From Methanobacteriota archaeon (lineage in GTDB: Archaea; Thermoplasmatota; Poseidoniia; Poseidoniales; Poseidoniaceae), in assembly GCA_004195515.1 (NCBI GenBank), contig PSPR01000001.1, forward strand, positions 14,480-78,479: a stretch of 64,000 nt of DNA. The letters are read 5' to 3'. The stretch's first letter is position 1. Each line of letters starts with the position of its first letter. The translations under genes were made by a program, and so were the position numbers. Under the pieces are notes generated by a model that had not been told where the DNA came from, did not search any database, and saw only the letters and a list, made by a program, of their open reading frames with translations. This document shows positions 1 to 9,451 of this stretch, one piece after another.

Positions 1-540
1 ACCAACACCAGTATTTCCGGCAACCAAATCATCACCGTTTATCGATGTAAAAGAATCGATGATGACCTTGTTTGCATGAATGGTGAGATTTGCGGTCGCG
101 GTTATGCTCCCACAGGAGGTGATTCCGCATGACAATTGGAGTACGTTGTAAGAGTGGAAACCCTGAAGATTGGAATTATTGAATAGGTGGAGGCTGTTAT
201 TTCCAGCAGTAGATGGCCCTGTAGTCGATTGATTGAGCATCAATCCATTCGGTTGAATAGTCAGATTGCTAGAATTGCCGAACACCGAATGATAAGTGAC
301 CATGTCGGCAACAAAAGCCGAGGAATTAATCTCGGGATTCAGTTGCCAATCGAGACTAGCAGAGTCGACACGATACCCTGATAGATGGGGAATAGCGGTC
401 GATTCATTCAAGCCAGGCTTTAGTTCGACCGTCTGTTGGTACAGTTCGAATTCATCGCTAATTACTGGGTTTGAAGCGATGGTGGGAAGTAAAACAGAAA
501 GAAGAATCAGCATGGCGAGGCTGAGGGCACGTGGTTTCAT
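1..540 (-). CDS. secreted protein, N-terminal part (gene runs off the left edge)
   Basis: Reverse-strand reading from the ATG at 540-538 stays open to position 1. It gives MKPRALSLAMLILLSVLLPTIASNP..., with a signal-peptide-like hydrophobic core followed by N-x-S/T-rich sequence. It is absent from the ORF track because it is edge-truncated. Confidence 0.6.
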   Translation of the reverse strand, partial: MKPRALSLAMLILLSVLLPTIASNPVISDEFELYQQTVELKPGLNESTAIPHLSGYRVDSASLDWQLNPEINSSAFVADMVTYHSVFGNSSNLTIQPNGLMLNQSTTGPSTAGNNSLHLFNNSNLQGFHSYNVLQLSCGITSCGSITATANLTIHANKVIIDSFTSINGDDLVAGNTGVG

Positions 541-604
541 CAGATTAACACCAAATTAGGGGTTCTGTGGATGTGCCTTTAAACTATCTGCTCGATAATT
601 CAAT

Positions 605-637
605 CCCGAAATCTTCCGGTGCGCCCATAATCTAATT
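605..637. repeat. degenerate direct copy of the helicase 3' end (partner at 871-903)
   Basis: By hand alignment, 26 of 33 positions are identical in the same orientation at an offset of 266 bp. On the minus strand the copy would read ..LDYGRTGRFRD*, against the helicase C-terminus ..IDYARTRRFWG*, with the stop codon at the equivalent position. Confidence 0.5.
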
Positions 638-694
638 TTGGGTTGAAAATTATGCATTATTTGAAACCTGCACAATGCTTATCATTCAACACAG

Positions 695-853
695 ATGGAG
701 AGTAGCATGGTTGACCATCTAGTTGAAGCGGTGGGCGATGCCATCGATGAGATTGAAAAAAGCCTCAATAAGCGTTGGTGGTGGCGTATTCTTTGGCCGA
801 TTTTACTTTACGGTCCCTTCATCTTTATCGGTTTTTATCTGTTCAATATGTGA
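695..853 (+). CDS. small hypothetical membrane protein (52 aa)
   Basis: Hand-translated ORF MESSMVDHLVEAVGDAIDEIEKSLNKRWWWRILWPILLYGPFIFIGFYLFNM*, with one C-terminal TM-like segment. It is below the track length cutoff and I recognise no homologue. Confidence 0.3.
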   Translation: MESSMVDHLVEAVGDAIDEIEKSLNKRWWWRILWPILLYGPFIFIGFYLFNM

Positions 854-865
854 TCGAATTCTAGA

Positions 866-3800
866 TTATCCCCAGAATCTTCTAGTGCGCGCATAATCTA
901 TTTCTGCGATATGAATCGCTTCTAGCAAAGCATCTCTATTACCGCGTTGAACCTTCCGCATAATTCGTTGACAAGTCATCTCTCCAACCCCTCTGCCCAT
1001 CAGAGCAAGGATTGCTTCTATTCCCCGATTGGCGACGACTTGAGCATTTTTCATCATCCTTTCTTGATCTTTTTGATCATCGGATTCGACCCATTTAATC
1101 AATTGTTTTTCAAGCCCTTCCCTCGATACTGCAAGCATTTTCCCGCCGCATCTAATACAGGTTTTTGGATCGTCGATAACAGTATAACGAGCAACTCTAA
1201 ACCTTCTGGTAGTTTTGCATTTCAAACAGCATGTAACCGCTCTTTCATTCATTAAGCGCCCTTCTAATCTCGCTCTTACCTGCTTGTTATCCCAATTCGG
1301 CAAGAGTAGATCTTTTTCGGATTTGCTAGAGATTCCCAATGGTCCAGCCGCGGTTATTTCCAGTTCAATTAAGCCGCTTTGGATTGCTCTGAGTACATCT
1401 GTTGCGCCCTCTACATCCATTCTTTCATGGAATAATTTACCAAGAACTTCGGTCATGACTGGAGTGCTACGATATTTTTTGAGTAGAGCCTGGAGATTGA
1501 TTTTTCTCGGATCGACACCATGACGTAAAATTCCGAAAACTTTCGCAACTTGTGCAAATCTCCATCTAACCTCTCTAGAATTTGGTAAAGTAACACTCAA
1601 CACGCCTTCCAATGCATCCGGTGGGGTTTCTTTGAGCCATTCGATAAGGTCCTCGGGTGAAACCTCTGGGACTTGGAGTGACATTCGGCATGGTTCGGTT
1701 ATCAATCGACCCCATTTTCCAGATCTTGTACTAGCCATCGCCAATAGATAATGGCCGATCGCTTCGTTGATTTTTGAGCCATGGCACGAATTGATGACCA
1801 ATGCATCCTCTCGTCTTTCGATGGTCATGACCGCCTCGGTCGGCAAATTTCCGGTGCCTTCAATGTGGGAGCGCACCGCTTCTGCTAGCATACTGAACGC
1901 TTCACCGTTCAAAGGATAATCCTCAAGTTTTGAATTTCCTTTTAGTAACTCAGCAGGGTCGATAATATCTTTCTTTTCAGTTGTTTTCAAACCGATATCG
2001 TTGGCGATTAGACGCCTCAATCGACCTACTTCTCGGCTGATATCTGCGGGGGTCGGTGGTAATTCTCCGACCCATTGAGGGGCGTGGCCTTGGTCGGAAA
2101 CCGGTGCGACCAACAGCTCGTTGCGTTCGGGGTCAGCATCGATAACAATCCAGGTTCGTCCAGCGATAACAAATCTGCGTTGGCGGCCATCCTCTTCAGC
2201 TCCACCATCGTTAAGAGATAAAACGAAAGCCTCGTCAACATTGCCGAGAGTTGCTCTGGACACAGCATCTCTAACCCGGTAGGATTGTTTGTCTGGTATC
2301 ATCGATAAATGATGCATCACCCATTGTCTGGTTCTCCCACTCTTGCTAATCCAACCTTTGTCGAATGGTTTTGGAGGGTCGAATTTCATTCGAGATAATT
2401 CTAAAGGAGGTTCTTCTCCTCGTTCTAATTTTGGTTTTTCAGGAAGCGATTTTTTGGTGCTTGCAATCATTGCTTGCCAAACATCGTGCGGCCAGCGATA
2501 CCAGGGGACTTCGCTGGGATTTTCAACGCATTTTACCACCCAACCATCGGCTAATATTCGGGCAATTCCAAGCGTATCTTCATCGCTCCAACCCTCGTAT
2601 TGCCCGGTTTGCCCGATCACTTGAGTTATATCGGCTATTGGTAATGCGCCGTGACTGTGAACCATCATCACGATTTGATTCGCTACGACGCTTAGTGGTC
2701 GGTCTCGCCATTCTACCGGTTCGATTTCTCCTGCCATAGCTCGCCGGGCGATTACTGCAGCCTCTAGGAGATCATCTACCTCCCAACTCATTAGATGACC
2801 GACTCCAATTCCACCGATTCTATGGTCGGCTCTTCCGACTCGTTGAAGCATTCTATCGACCGATCGAGGTGAGCGTATTTGCACGATATGTTTGAGTGAA
2901 CCAACATCGATTCCCAATTCAAGACTGGATGTACAGACTAAGCCTTGGAGCTTTTTTTCTCGCAAGTCATCTTCCATTTTTGCTCTGGTTTCTGCGGCTA
3001 ATGACCCATGATGTACGCCGATTTTCAGTTCTGGAGCAATCGATTGGAGTCGTTGAGAAACCGTTTCAGCAGAGTTTCGTGAATTGACGAAAATCAAACA
3101 TGGATTCTTTTCTTTGACCACTTGAGCTAAACCGCGTAAGGTTGCGTGTGCTCGAGGTGAGATTGCAAGTTCACTCGAGCCGATTTCATCTTCGACCGTT
3201 GTTGAAATCGCATCAACTTTGAGTTCGGTATAACGCGGTGCTTTAGCTGAGATCGCCTGGGCTTTTGGTGAAAGCCAAGTTGCGACTTGGTCTGGATTAC
3301 CCACCGTAGCAGACAAGCCGATTTTTTGGACAGTTGAACCTTTGAATGCTTCCAATCTAGATAATCCGATTGCCAATTGCCAACCTCTTTCGCCATTTGC
3401 CATTTCGTGAATCTCATCGATAACAACCGCCTTAACATCTTTTAGTAATAGGCGTAATCGTGAGCCTGTAAACATTAATTGAAATGTCTCAGGGGTTGTA
3501 ATCATCACATTTGGCGGATTGCGAACCTGTTTGGTTCGTTCACTTTGGGTCGTATCACCATGACGCAAACCTAGTTTCAAACCTACAGCCTTGGTCAATT
3601 CATCCAATCTTCTGTCCACGTCTCGGTTGAGAGCGCGTAGTGGAGTAATGTAGAGAATTGACATTCCTTGCCAATCGTTTTTCAAACACCTGTCGAGCAA
3701 AGGAAGGATTGCTGACATTGTTTTACCAGAACCGGTTGGAGCGATGACCAAGCGGTCGTGACCGGCTGCGATATCGGCTTGAGTAACCTGTTGAACCGGG

Positions 3801-3874
3801 GTCGGAATCCATCCTCTTTTATCGAGAGCCTCTTGAAGGCTCTCGTGGAGGTTGGCGAACACACCCTCTGCCAT
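866..3874 (-). CDS. lhr: Lhr-type large SF2 ATP-dependent helicase
   Basis: 1002-aa ORF with helicase motifs APTGSGKT (Walker A), DEIH (motif II), SAT (motif III) and QRVGRADH (motif VI). A long C-terminal extension carries a CxxC...CxxC zinc ribbon (CLKCKT...CIRCGG). Confidence 0.85.
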   Translation of the reverse strand: MAEGVFANLHESLQEALDKRGWIPTPVQQVTQADIAAGHDRLVIAPTGSGKTMSAILPLLDRCLKNDWQGMSILYITPLRALNRDVDRRLDELTKAVGLKLGLRHGDTTQSERTKQVRNPPNVMITTPETFQLMFTGSRLRLLLKDVKAVVIDEIHEMANGERGWQLAIGLSRLEAFKGSTVQKIGLSATVGNPDQVATWLSPKAQAISAKAPRYTELKVDAISTTVEDEIGSSELAISPRAHATLRGLAQVVKEKNPCLIFVNSRNSAETVSQRLQSIAPELKIGVHHGSLAAETRAKMEDDLREKKLQGLVCTSSLELGIDVGSLKHIVQIRSPRSVDRMLQRVGRADHRIGGIGVGHLMSWEVDDLLEAAVIARRAMAGEIEPVEWRDRPLSVVANQIVMMVHSHGALPIADITQVIGQTGQYEGWSDEDTLGIARILADGWVVKCVENPSEVPWYRWPHDVWQAMIASTKKSLPEKPKLERGEEPPLELSRMKFDPPKPFDKGWISKSGRTRQWVMHHLSMIPDKQSYRVRDAVSRATLGNVDEAFVLSLNDGGAEEDGRQRRFVIAGRTWIVIDADPERNELLVAPVSDQGHAPQWVGELPPTPADISREVGRLRRLIANDIGLKTTEKKDIIDPAELLKGNSKLEDYPLNGEAFSMLAEAVRSHIEGTGNLPTEAVMTIERREDALVINSCHGSKINEAIGHYLLAMASTRSGKWGRLITEPCRMSLQVPEVSPEDLIEWLKETPPDALEGVLSVTLPNSREVRWRFAQVAKVFGILRHGVDPRKINLQALLKKYRSTPVMTEVLGKLFHERMDVEGATDVLRAIQSGLIELEITAAGPLGISSKSEKDLLLPNWDNKQVRARLEGRLMNERAVTCCLKCKTTRRFRVARYTVIDDPKTCIRCGGKMLAVSREGLEKQLIKWVESDDQKDQERMMKNAQVVANRGIEAILALMGRGVGEMTCQRIMRKVQRGNRDALLEAIHIAEIDYARTRRFWG

Positions 3875-3931
3875 ATTAGCACATGCAGCGTCACTAGTTC
3901 ATGAGGTCAACGATTGGGAACGCTGATGACG

Positions 3932-6900
3932 TCAATCGTCATCATCGTCGTAATCGTCATCATCTTCTTCCTCTTCTTCTTCGTCTTCCCATTCTTCATC
4001 ATCGTAAAACGAATCATCTTCATGGCTGATTGCTGTTCTTGATGAAATTGTTCCAATACCGATCAATACTATTAGCGATAATATCGAGAAAGCCCAGATG
4101 AGTGGGTTTTCACGAGGAGAATCAAACCATCCCATGTACGATATGTAAACGATCTCAACCTTGTGTTCAGCACTATTATCATCGTTATTGACCTCGATGA
4201 TTACATCATCTGGGTCGACTACGACCCTTATTCTATCGACGCCTTCTTCGGCTCTCCAAGTAATGCTTACAGGGATTGTTTCACCGGCTCCAATAGAATT
4301 CAAAGATGTTGAATCAAATGGGATGATGTCGTCGCCGGCATAAAATGCCACTTTGAACTGACTATTGGTTTGCCCACCGACGTTGGAAATATCAGCGGTG
4401 ATGGTGATGGTTTGGCCAGGAGCGACGTGGTCATCGGATAATTTGATCGACCCTATCTTCAATTGAGGCCCTTCTGCACCCAATCTAACCCATTGGCGTT
4501 CAAAGTCAGTATCTAGGCTAGCAATCTCTGGAATAGGGCTAGCTTCTGAGTTAGAAACCACTGGGAATTCATTTCCAGCTGAATCATATCCGGTTAGGTA
4601 GAATCCAATCCAATCACCCTCGCGTGGAGAAATGATTCCATCATCGGTTAAATCGATGGTTCCAGTCCAAATAATCGATTGACCATCTTGTTGCATACCT
4701 AAGCGGTTGCTGCCAGCGCCTAAGGTCAGGGTTCTACTCGCATCTCTCATAACCCAATGAACGAATTGTTCAGAGCCGGTCATGTCAGCATCTTCAGTGC
4801 CATGGAATTCAACTGGAATTTCGGTTAAGTCTGTCGATGAAGAAATATCGATGACATTGATTGGCTCAACTCTACTCACAACTCTAGGCGCAGTATCATC
4901 GACGATAACCCGTAGTGTTGTGGAAACGGTTTGCCCAGTCATATCTTCGCCTTCGCCAGGAATTCCACCGATTGAAATTAAACAGGTTCTGGTAGGGGAT
5001 GAGCGTAAGGATTGAGCGCTAGAAAGTGGGACTTCAACCGAATAGGAGCCGTCGGTGCCTAAACTGCCATCGGACCAAATACCCTCGCCATCGAATACCT
5101 CGACTACGATTGCAGCATCATTTGGAGCAGGCACATTTGACCCTTCGAACACCACTTTTCCGGTGAATGCTAATCTGTCGTCGTTCCTGACTCTGCTGCC
5201 ATCAGCGATCAAACCGGTTCTCGGTTCACTGATATCTTCAACTAGGAATGTAGATGCGTCTAAAACCAGGTCGTTTTCGACGAAGAATGTATGTTCAGCG
5301 ATGATATGGCGAGTTGGGAATTCAGAACCTCTCTCTTTGTATTCTAGTGCGAGGTCACTAATGTCTTCATCAGGCCAATTCCAGCCAATGGTGAAATCAT
5401 AATCGATCAATACCCATGGCATACCCGATCCGTTCGTAGTTTGAATCATTTCAGATGATTGGGCCAAAGAAATAAATTCAGAATTAGAAGCGAACAAATC
5501 GTTGGTTCCATAATATGAGATTCTTTGTTGGTCGACCTCTTGGTCAGGACCTTCAAAATCAAAGACCAAATCGATGTATTCGAAATCGATTGCGGTATTT
5601 GCATCAATTAAACCGATAGAAATTCTCTGCGGGGTGCCCGAATAAATAGCGGCACCATCAGAATGTCCTTCCCAAATTAATCCGGTAAAGATCGCACTCT
5701 CATCTTTGCGAGACCTGAATGTAGCATCGTCGTGGTCGAAACCAGGCCCCGATTCCCAAGTGAAAACCTCTTCATCGATCAATGTTGAGTGGTGGATAGG
5801 GTTACCAGCTTGGTCGCCTCCGTCCCAATAATAGGATACCCGACCCATATTTGGATTTCGAGAATGGTCGATAGAGGTAATGAACCACTTTTCGCCAGTT
5901 TGAGTTGAGTTTTCTACCACTTTGATTGCATATTCCGAAGGATCGGCTTCACCGTTACGATTCAAATCGTGATCGGCTTCAACCCAATAGAATAATGATA
6001 ATTCGGTGGGGTCACCAACAGCGTCTGCAACATGTATTTTTATCTCTTGAGTTGAAGTAGCGGCCTCATAAGCATCGTTGATAGGTGAAGTTGAAAGCGC
6101 TTCTGGAGCGGTTGCATCTACTCTAAACGATCTTCGCCAATCATCATTGGTTGGCAAAACCATGGTCGCATCTCTCTCGTTATAGGTTTGAAGTTCGTAG
6201 GTCAAGCCATCCACAATATTGATATTTGGCATATCGATCGAGATGAAGAATGATCCATTGGTATTGGATGTATCTCGCCAATCAGCATGAACAAAGCCGT
6301 TTTGTGCAACTCGAATATCGAAGGCACTATCTTTTGGTGCGTCTTCGCTATCAGCGAACCACATAGCACCTTGGAAGTGAATTGTTTCACCAGCAGCCAC
6401 CCAAGAGCCATCTGTTAAATCATCTGTAACCATCTCGCCATCATTATCTCGAATCTTCATCCAGCCGAGACCGAATGAGTTGTTTACCCTCAATCCGGTT
6501 TGACTGGATAATGCGGTTGGTTCGAAGCCATCAGGACCGGTATTATCAAGACAATTTGTTCGGAATCTTACATTTTCTTGGTCGGGGAAATTGGAGGTAA
6601 TATGGAATCGCCAGTGAATTTCCAAAATCCCATTATTATTTCGAGACCACGAACTAGCATCCATTTCTACCCAGTCATCAGGGTCATTTGGTGACGGGAA
6701 TATATCCCCATCGTTCCATTCTAGAGTCGGTGAACTCGAGGACGGATTAGCACTAAATGATAATGTAGCAGATTGAATGTAATTATTATCACCATCGCCT
6801 ACGATATGTCTGGTAACCACTTCGTAAGGTTCAGTTCTTTCGTGAAGAATCTCGCCATCAGGAATCGCGATATCAAGATTTACAGTATGGATTGTATAAG

Positions 6901-8926
6901 TCACACTAAATCGTTCTAGCACAACGATTCCAGAGGATTGAGAACTGACTCCAACCGGAATATCGATGCTGCCGGTGCCAGTATCGGGGATCAAGTCATT
7001 GAAGGCCTTGACAATGGCCGCTCCGCCTTGGGTGGTGAGGCCCAATAACACCCCTTGGCTGGTCCATTCGTTTGAACCATCATCTCCAATATCGAGGCCA
7101 ACTTGGTTTGGAGCATTAGAATGTAGGGCGACATTCATGTCTTCTAGGGTGGGAGTATCCGACCCGGTCGAAGAGAATCTAACATAGATGTAGATGTACC
7201 CACTAACCATTGTGATGGTTTTTGAATCTCCAGAATATGTGAATTGGCTAGTTGAACCAGATTGAATTTCAAAGACGATGTTTGTTCCAGCAGGCGTGGT
7301 TGCATTCCACCACATTTGAGCGGCGACAGGGGCTGAACCAGAATAATAATTTGAACGAATATAAAAATAGCCACTGGTAGAGAATGAAGTCGAATAGGTT
7401 AAGGTGACAAAGTCAAGGATTGGAGTTTCGCTAGATGTACCATTGAGATATGCTCTCCAACCGATTTGACTACCTGCGGTTGCAAATACCAGATTTTGAT
7501 CAAAGATTGCGGCTTTCCAAGTGACTCCGCCATCATTGGTTACTTCTAATTCAATCGTGGTATTTTCGGGAATCCAACCAACCAATGCCGTTACAGAGAT
7601 ATCGGTAATGCTCTTGGTGATTGTTTTTGTCGCACTGGTTACCATCGTTGAATTTGAACTTGGGGTGCGTAAGTCATAAGGCGCCCCGCTGCCATCAATA
7701 TTGATTTTATTACCTCGGCCACTACAATAAGAAGAAGAAGAATAATGGCAGGTATATCCAACGCTATTTCCGCCGAAACCATCTAACCCGTAATTACCTC
7801 CAGCCCCTAAAGACTCTTTAGCCATCCTTTCAATAAAGATTCCGTTCATGGTGAAATGATTACGGAATGAGCGAGAAGAATAATACTCGTTGGTCAAAAT
7901 TTTGGGCAGGTCGACAAATAACCCAGCAGCAGTAGTCGATGAATCGCCCATTTGTTCTCTAGTGCCCAAAACCCAAGTCCCGTTTATTTGACTTGGATTA
8001 CCGGGGTCCACCTCATAGAGGTAGCGATTATAATTAGGAAAACTAGATTCGAACATCAATACGAAAAGTCTTCCACTATCCTCATCGATGTCAACTCCGA
8101 CCGGATAATAGGTATTGGAATAGGTATAATGTTCTTGACAGGTCCAAGCTCCGCTCGAACTGACCGCCCATTTAACCAAGAGGCGATAGGAGTAAGAAGT
8201 GGTCCACACGGTTCCATTACCATCGCTTGTACCATCATAAGCAGAATATAGTGGATTCGAGTATGAGCATGATCCAGATGACATCGATGCCAAACCAATA
8301 TATGCGCCAGTACTTGCATTATATCTCTTGATTTGAGGTGTATTATACATCGATGAAGAAGTATAACTCATCACATGATATTCGCCATATTGTTCAACAA
8401 AGAACCCGGTATATGAGTTGCTAGAGCCGGTCAGAGATAACGCGGTCAATTCTTCAGAAGAACCGATAAAACCTTGATCGCCATTTGCAACAAATGCTCC
8501 TGAGGTATTATGGATGGCAGTAGTGCTTGAAACATCGCTACTTCGGGCTAATGAATTCATATCATCGGTAGGGTTTCCAGGTAGGCTAACCGAATTATCT
8601 TTCATTTCAATATTGTTTTTATAACCGTATGCGAAGCCTGGCGGGATGCCAGACCAAGAAGCAGCAGTACCGCCGAAATCCGAATCGTTGGTATAGTTGC
8701 CCCAACTGGTCGAAGATGGTTTGCCATTAATATCGAAAGATGCGGATTTCACCTCAGCACCGTACGGGAAGGTTAAGATGCCAGCCGTGCCGTTTCCGTT
8801 GCCTTGGAAAACCTGTTCATAAGTGGTTGAACCATCTTTGAATTGGGTCTCAGTCACATCACCGAGAGCCATTGGTGAAAATATTGAGAGCACGAAAATT
8901 GCCGTTAGAAATATTGAAGTTCGCAT
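3932..8926 (-). CDS. giant cell-surface protein (~1664 aa), C-terminally membrane-anchored with a poly-acidic cytoplasmic tail
   Basis: I chose the start at the internal ATG at 8926 (MRTSIFLTAIFVLSIFSPMALG, signal peptide) rather than the track start at 9097. The protein has very many N-x-S/T sequons and an Asp-box-like NDGGVTWK. A membrane-proximal CARDB-like module is present (APGQTITITADISNVGGQ...VVDPDDVIIEVNNDDNS). This is followed by a TM (LIWAFSILSLIVLIGIGTI) and the tail ...EEEEEEDDDDYDDDDD. Confidence 0.85.
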   Translation of the reverse strand: MRTSIFLTAIFVLSIFSPMALGDVTETQFKDGSTTYEQVFQGNGNGTAGILTFPYGAEVKSASFDINGKPSSTSWGNYTNDSDFGGTAASWSGIPPGFAYGYKNNIEMKDNSVSLPGNPTDDMNSLARSSDVSSTTAIHNTSGAFVANGDQGFIGSSEELTALSLTGSSNSYTGFFVEQYGEYHVMSYTSSSMYNTPQIKRYNASTGAYIGLASMSSGSCSYSNPLYSAYDGTSDGNGTVWTTSYSYRLLVKWAVSSSGAWTCQEHYTYSNTYYPVGVDIDEDSGRLFVLMFESSFPNYNRYLYEVDPGNPSQINGTWVLGTREQMGDSSTTAAGLFVDLPKILTNEYYSSRSFRNHFTMNGIFIERMAKESLGAGGNYGLDGFGGNSVGYTCHYSSSSYCSGRGNKINIDGSGAPYDLRTPSSNSTMVTSATKTITKSITDISVTALVGWIPENTTIELEVTNDGGVTWKAAIFDQNLVFATAGSQIGWRAYLNGTSSETPILDFVTLTYSTSFSTSGYFYIRSNYYSGSAPVAAQMWWNATTPAGTNIVFEIQSGSTSQFTYSGDSKTITMVSGYIYIYVRFSSTGSDTPTLEDMNVALHSNAPNQVGLDIGDDGSNEWTSQGVLLGLTTQGGAAIVKAFNDLIPDTGTGSIDIPVGVSSQSSGIVVLERFSVTYTIHTVNLDIAIPDGEILHERTEPYEVVTRHIVGDGDNNYIQSATLSFSANPSSSSPTLEWNDGDIFPSPNDPDDWVEMDASSWSRNNNGILEIHWRFHITSNFPDQENVRFRTNCLDNTGPDGFEPTALSSQTGLRVNNSFGLGWMKIRDNDGEMVTDDLTDGSWVAAGETIHFQGAMWFADSEDAPKDSAFDIRVAQNGFVHADWRDTSNTNGSFFISIDMPNINIVDGLTYELQTYNERDATMVLPTNDDWRRSFRVDATAPEALSTSPINDAYEAATSTQEIKIHVADAVGDPTELSLFYWVEADHDLNRNGEADPSEYAIKVVENSTQTGEKWFITSIDHSRNPNMGRVSYYWDGGDQAGNPIHHSTLIDEEVFTWESGPGFDHDDATFRSRKDESAIFTGLIWEGHSDGAAIYSGTPQRISIGLIDANTAIDFEYIDLVFDFEGPDQEVDQQRISYYGTNDLFASNSEFISLAQSSEMIQTTNGSGMPWVLIDYDFTIGWNWPDEDISDLALEYKERGSEFPTRHIIAEHTFFVENDLVLDASTFLVEDISEPRTGLIADGSRVRNDDRLAFTGKVVFEGSNVPAPNDAAIVVEVFDGEGIWSDGSLGTDGSYSVEVPLSSAQSLRSSPTRTCLISIGGIPGEGEDMTGQTVSTTLRVIVDDTAPRVVSRVEPINVIDISSSTDLTEIPVEFHGTEDADMTGSEQFVHWVMRDASRTLTLGAGSNRLGMQQDGQSIIWTGTIDLTDDGIISPREGDWIGFYLTGYDSAGNEFPVVSNSEASPIPEIASLDTDFERQWVRLGAEGPQLKIGSIKLSDDHVAPGQTITITADISNVGGQTNSQFKVAFYAGDDIIPFDSTSLNSIGAGETIPVSITWRAEEGVDRIRVVVDPDDVIIEVNNDDNSAEHKVEIVYISYMGWFDSPRENPLIWAFSILSLIVLIGIGTISSRTAISHEDDSFYDDEEWEDEEEEEEDDDDYDDDDD

Positions 8927-9055
8927 CGGTTCATCACCTTTCCCATCATTGGGCCTTTGGCCCACGCGGCTTTCTCCCATTTGAACCATGCCCAGTCGGG
9001 TCTGCAGACCTGCCGAGGGCAACGCTGGTATATGCGAGGGGCAATGCACCGTTAG

Positions 9056-9436
9056 GTGGAGCATATGGGCTGGTGGGCGAATCAACATGGAAAACAATTG
9101 AGAATTGCGGCAACAGTGACATTTGCTTCGATATTACTGACCAGTTTAAGTGGGCTACAATTAATGATTTTACAAGATATTTCTGGCTTTGAAGATTTCA
9201 CAAGCTTAGCGATAGTTGCTATCGTTATTGGAATAATTGGATTGTCTATTAGTGCACCTGCTTTTGCTAATCTAAAAGCAAGAGCAAATACCTTAGCTGA
9301 TATAATGAATATGTCCAGTTCATCGGAATTGGCAAAAAGTCGAGCCGATGGTGACGAATGTGCTAGGATTCTTGGTGGTGGCCATCAAGAGACTTGGAAC
9401 GAGTTCCTAACCGAGAAGGGATTGAAGAGGCGGTGA
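9056..9436 (+). CDS. small hypothetical membrane protein (2 predicted TM)
   Basis: 126-aa ORF with two hydrophobic stretches (AATVTFASILLTSLSGLQLMIL and LAIVAIVIGIIGLSISAPAF). It ends 15 nt before the signal peptidase gene on the same strand. The start is uncertain; an alternative ATG lies at 9164. Confidence 0.45.
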   Translation: MEHMGWWANQHGKQLRIAATVTFASILLTSLSGLQLMILQDISGFEDFTSLAIVAIVIGIIGLSISAPAFANLKARANTLADIMNMSSSSELAKSRADGDECARILGGGHQETWNEFLTEKGLKRR

Positions 9437-9451
9437 TGTCTCGGGCTGCTT

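Noticed and set aside
947-1523. The plus-strand ORFs 947..1255 and 1215..1523 lie inside the helicase gene. There are many similar cases, for example 38880..39434, 56378..57061, 45390..45860, 47431..47889 and 36028..36468.
   Set aside because: They lie antisense to, or out of frame within, long motif-supported CDSs and show low-complexity, biased composition. They are shadow ORFs, not genes.
3932-4020. GAT/GAA/GTC-rich tandem-looking DNA, also present at 55060..55110.
   Set aside because: It encodes poly-Asp/Glu protein tails in frame with long CDSs. It is not a CRISPR array, microsatellite or mobile-element repeat.
8927-9097. N-terminal extension of the giant surface-protein ORF (MFSMLIRPPAHMLHL...).
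   Set aside because: The signal peptide begins at the internal ATG at 8926, and the extension has no coding character. The same logic applies to the extensions at 26514..26768 (ALDH), 58740..58958 (GIDE protein), 61771..61887 (pepA), 63126..63173 (M14) and 51512..51577 (pyrG).
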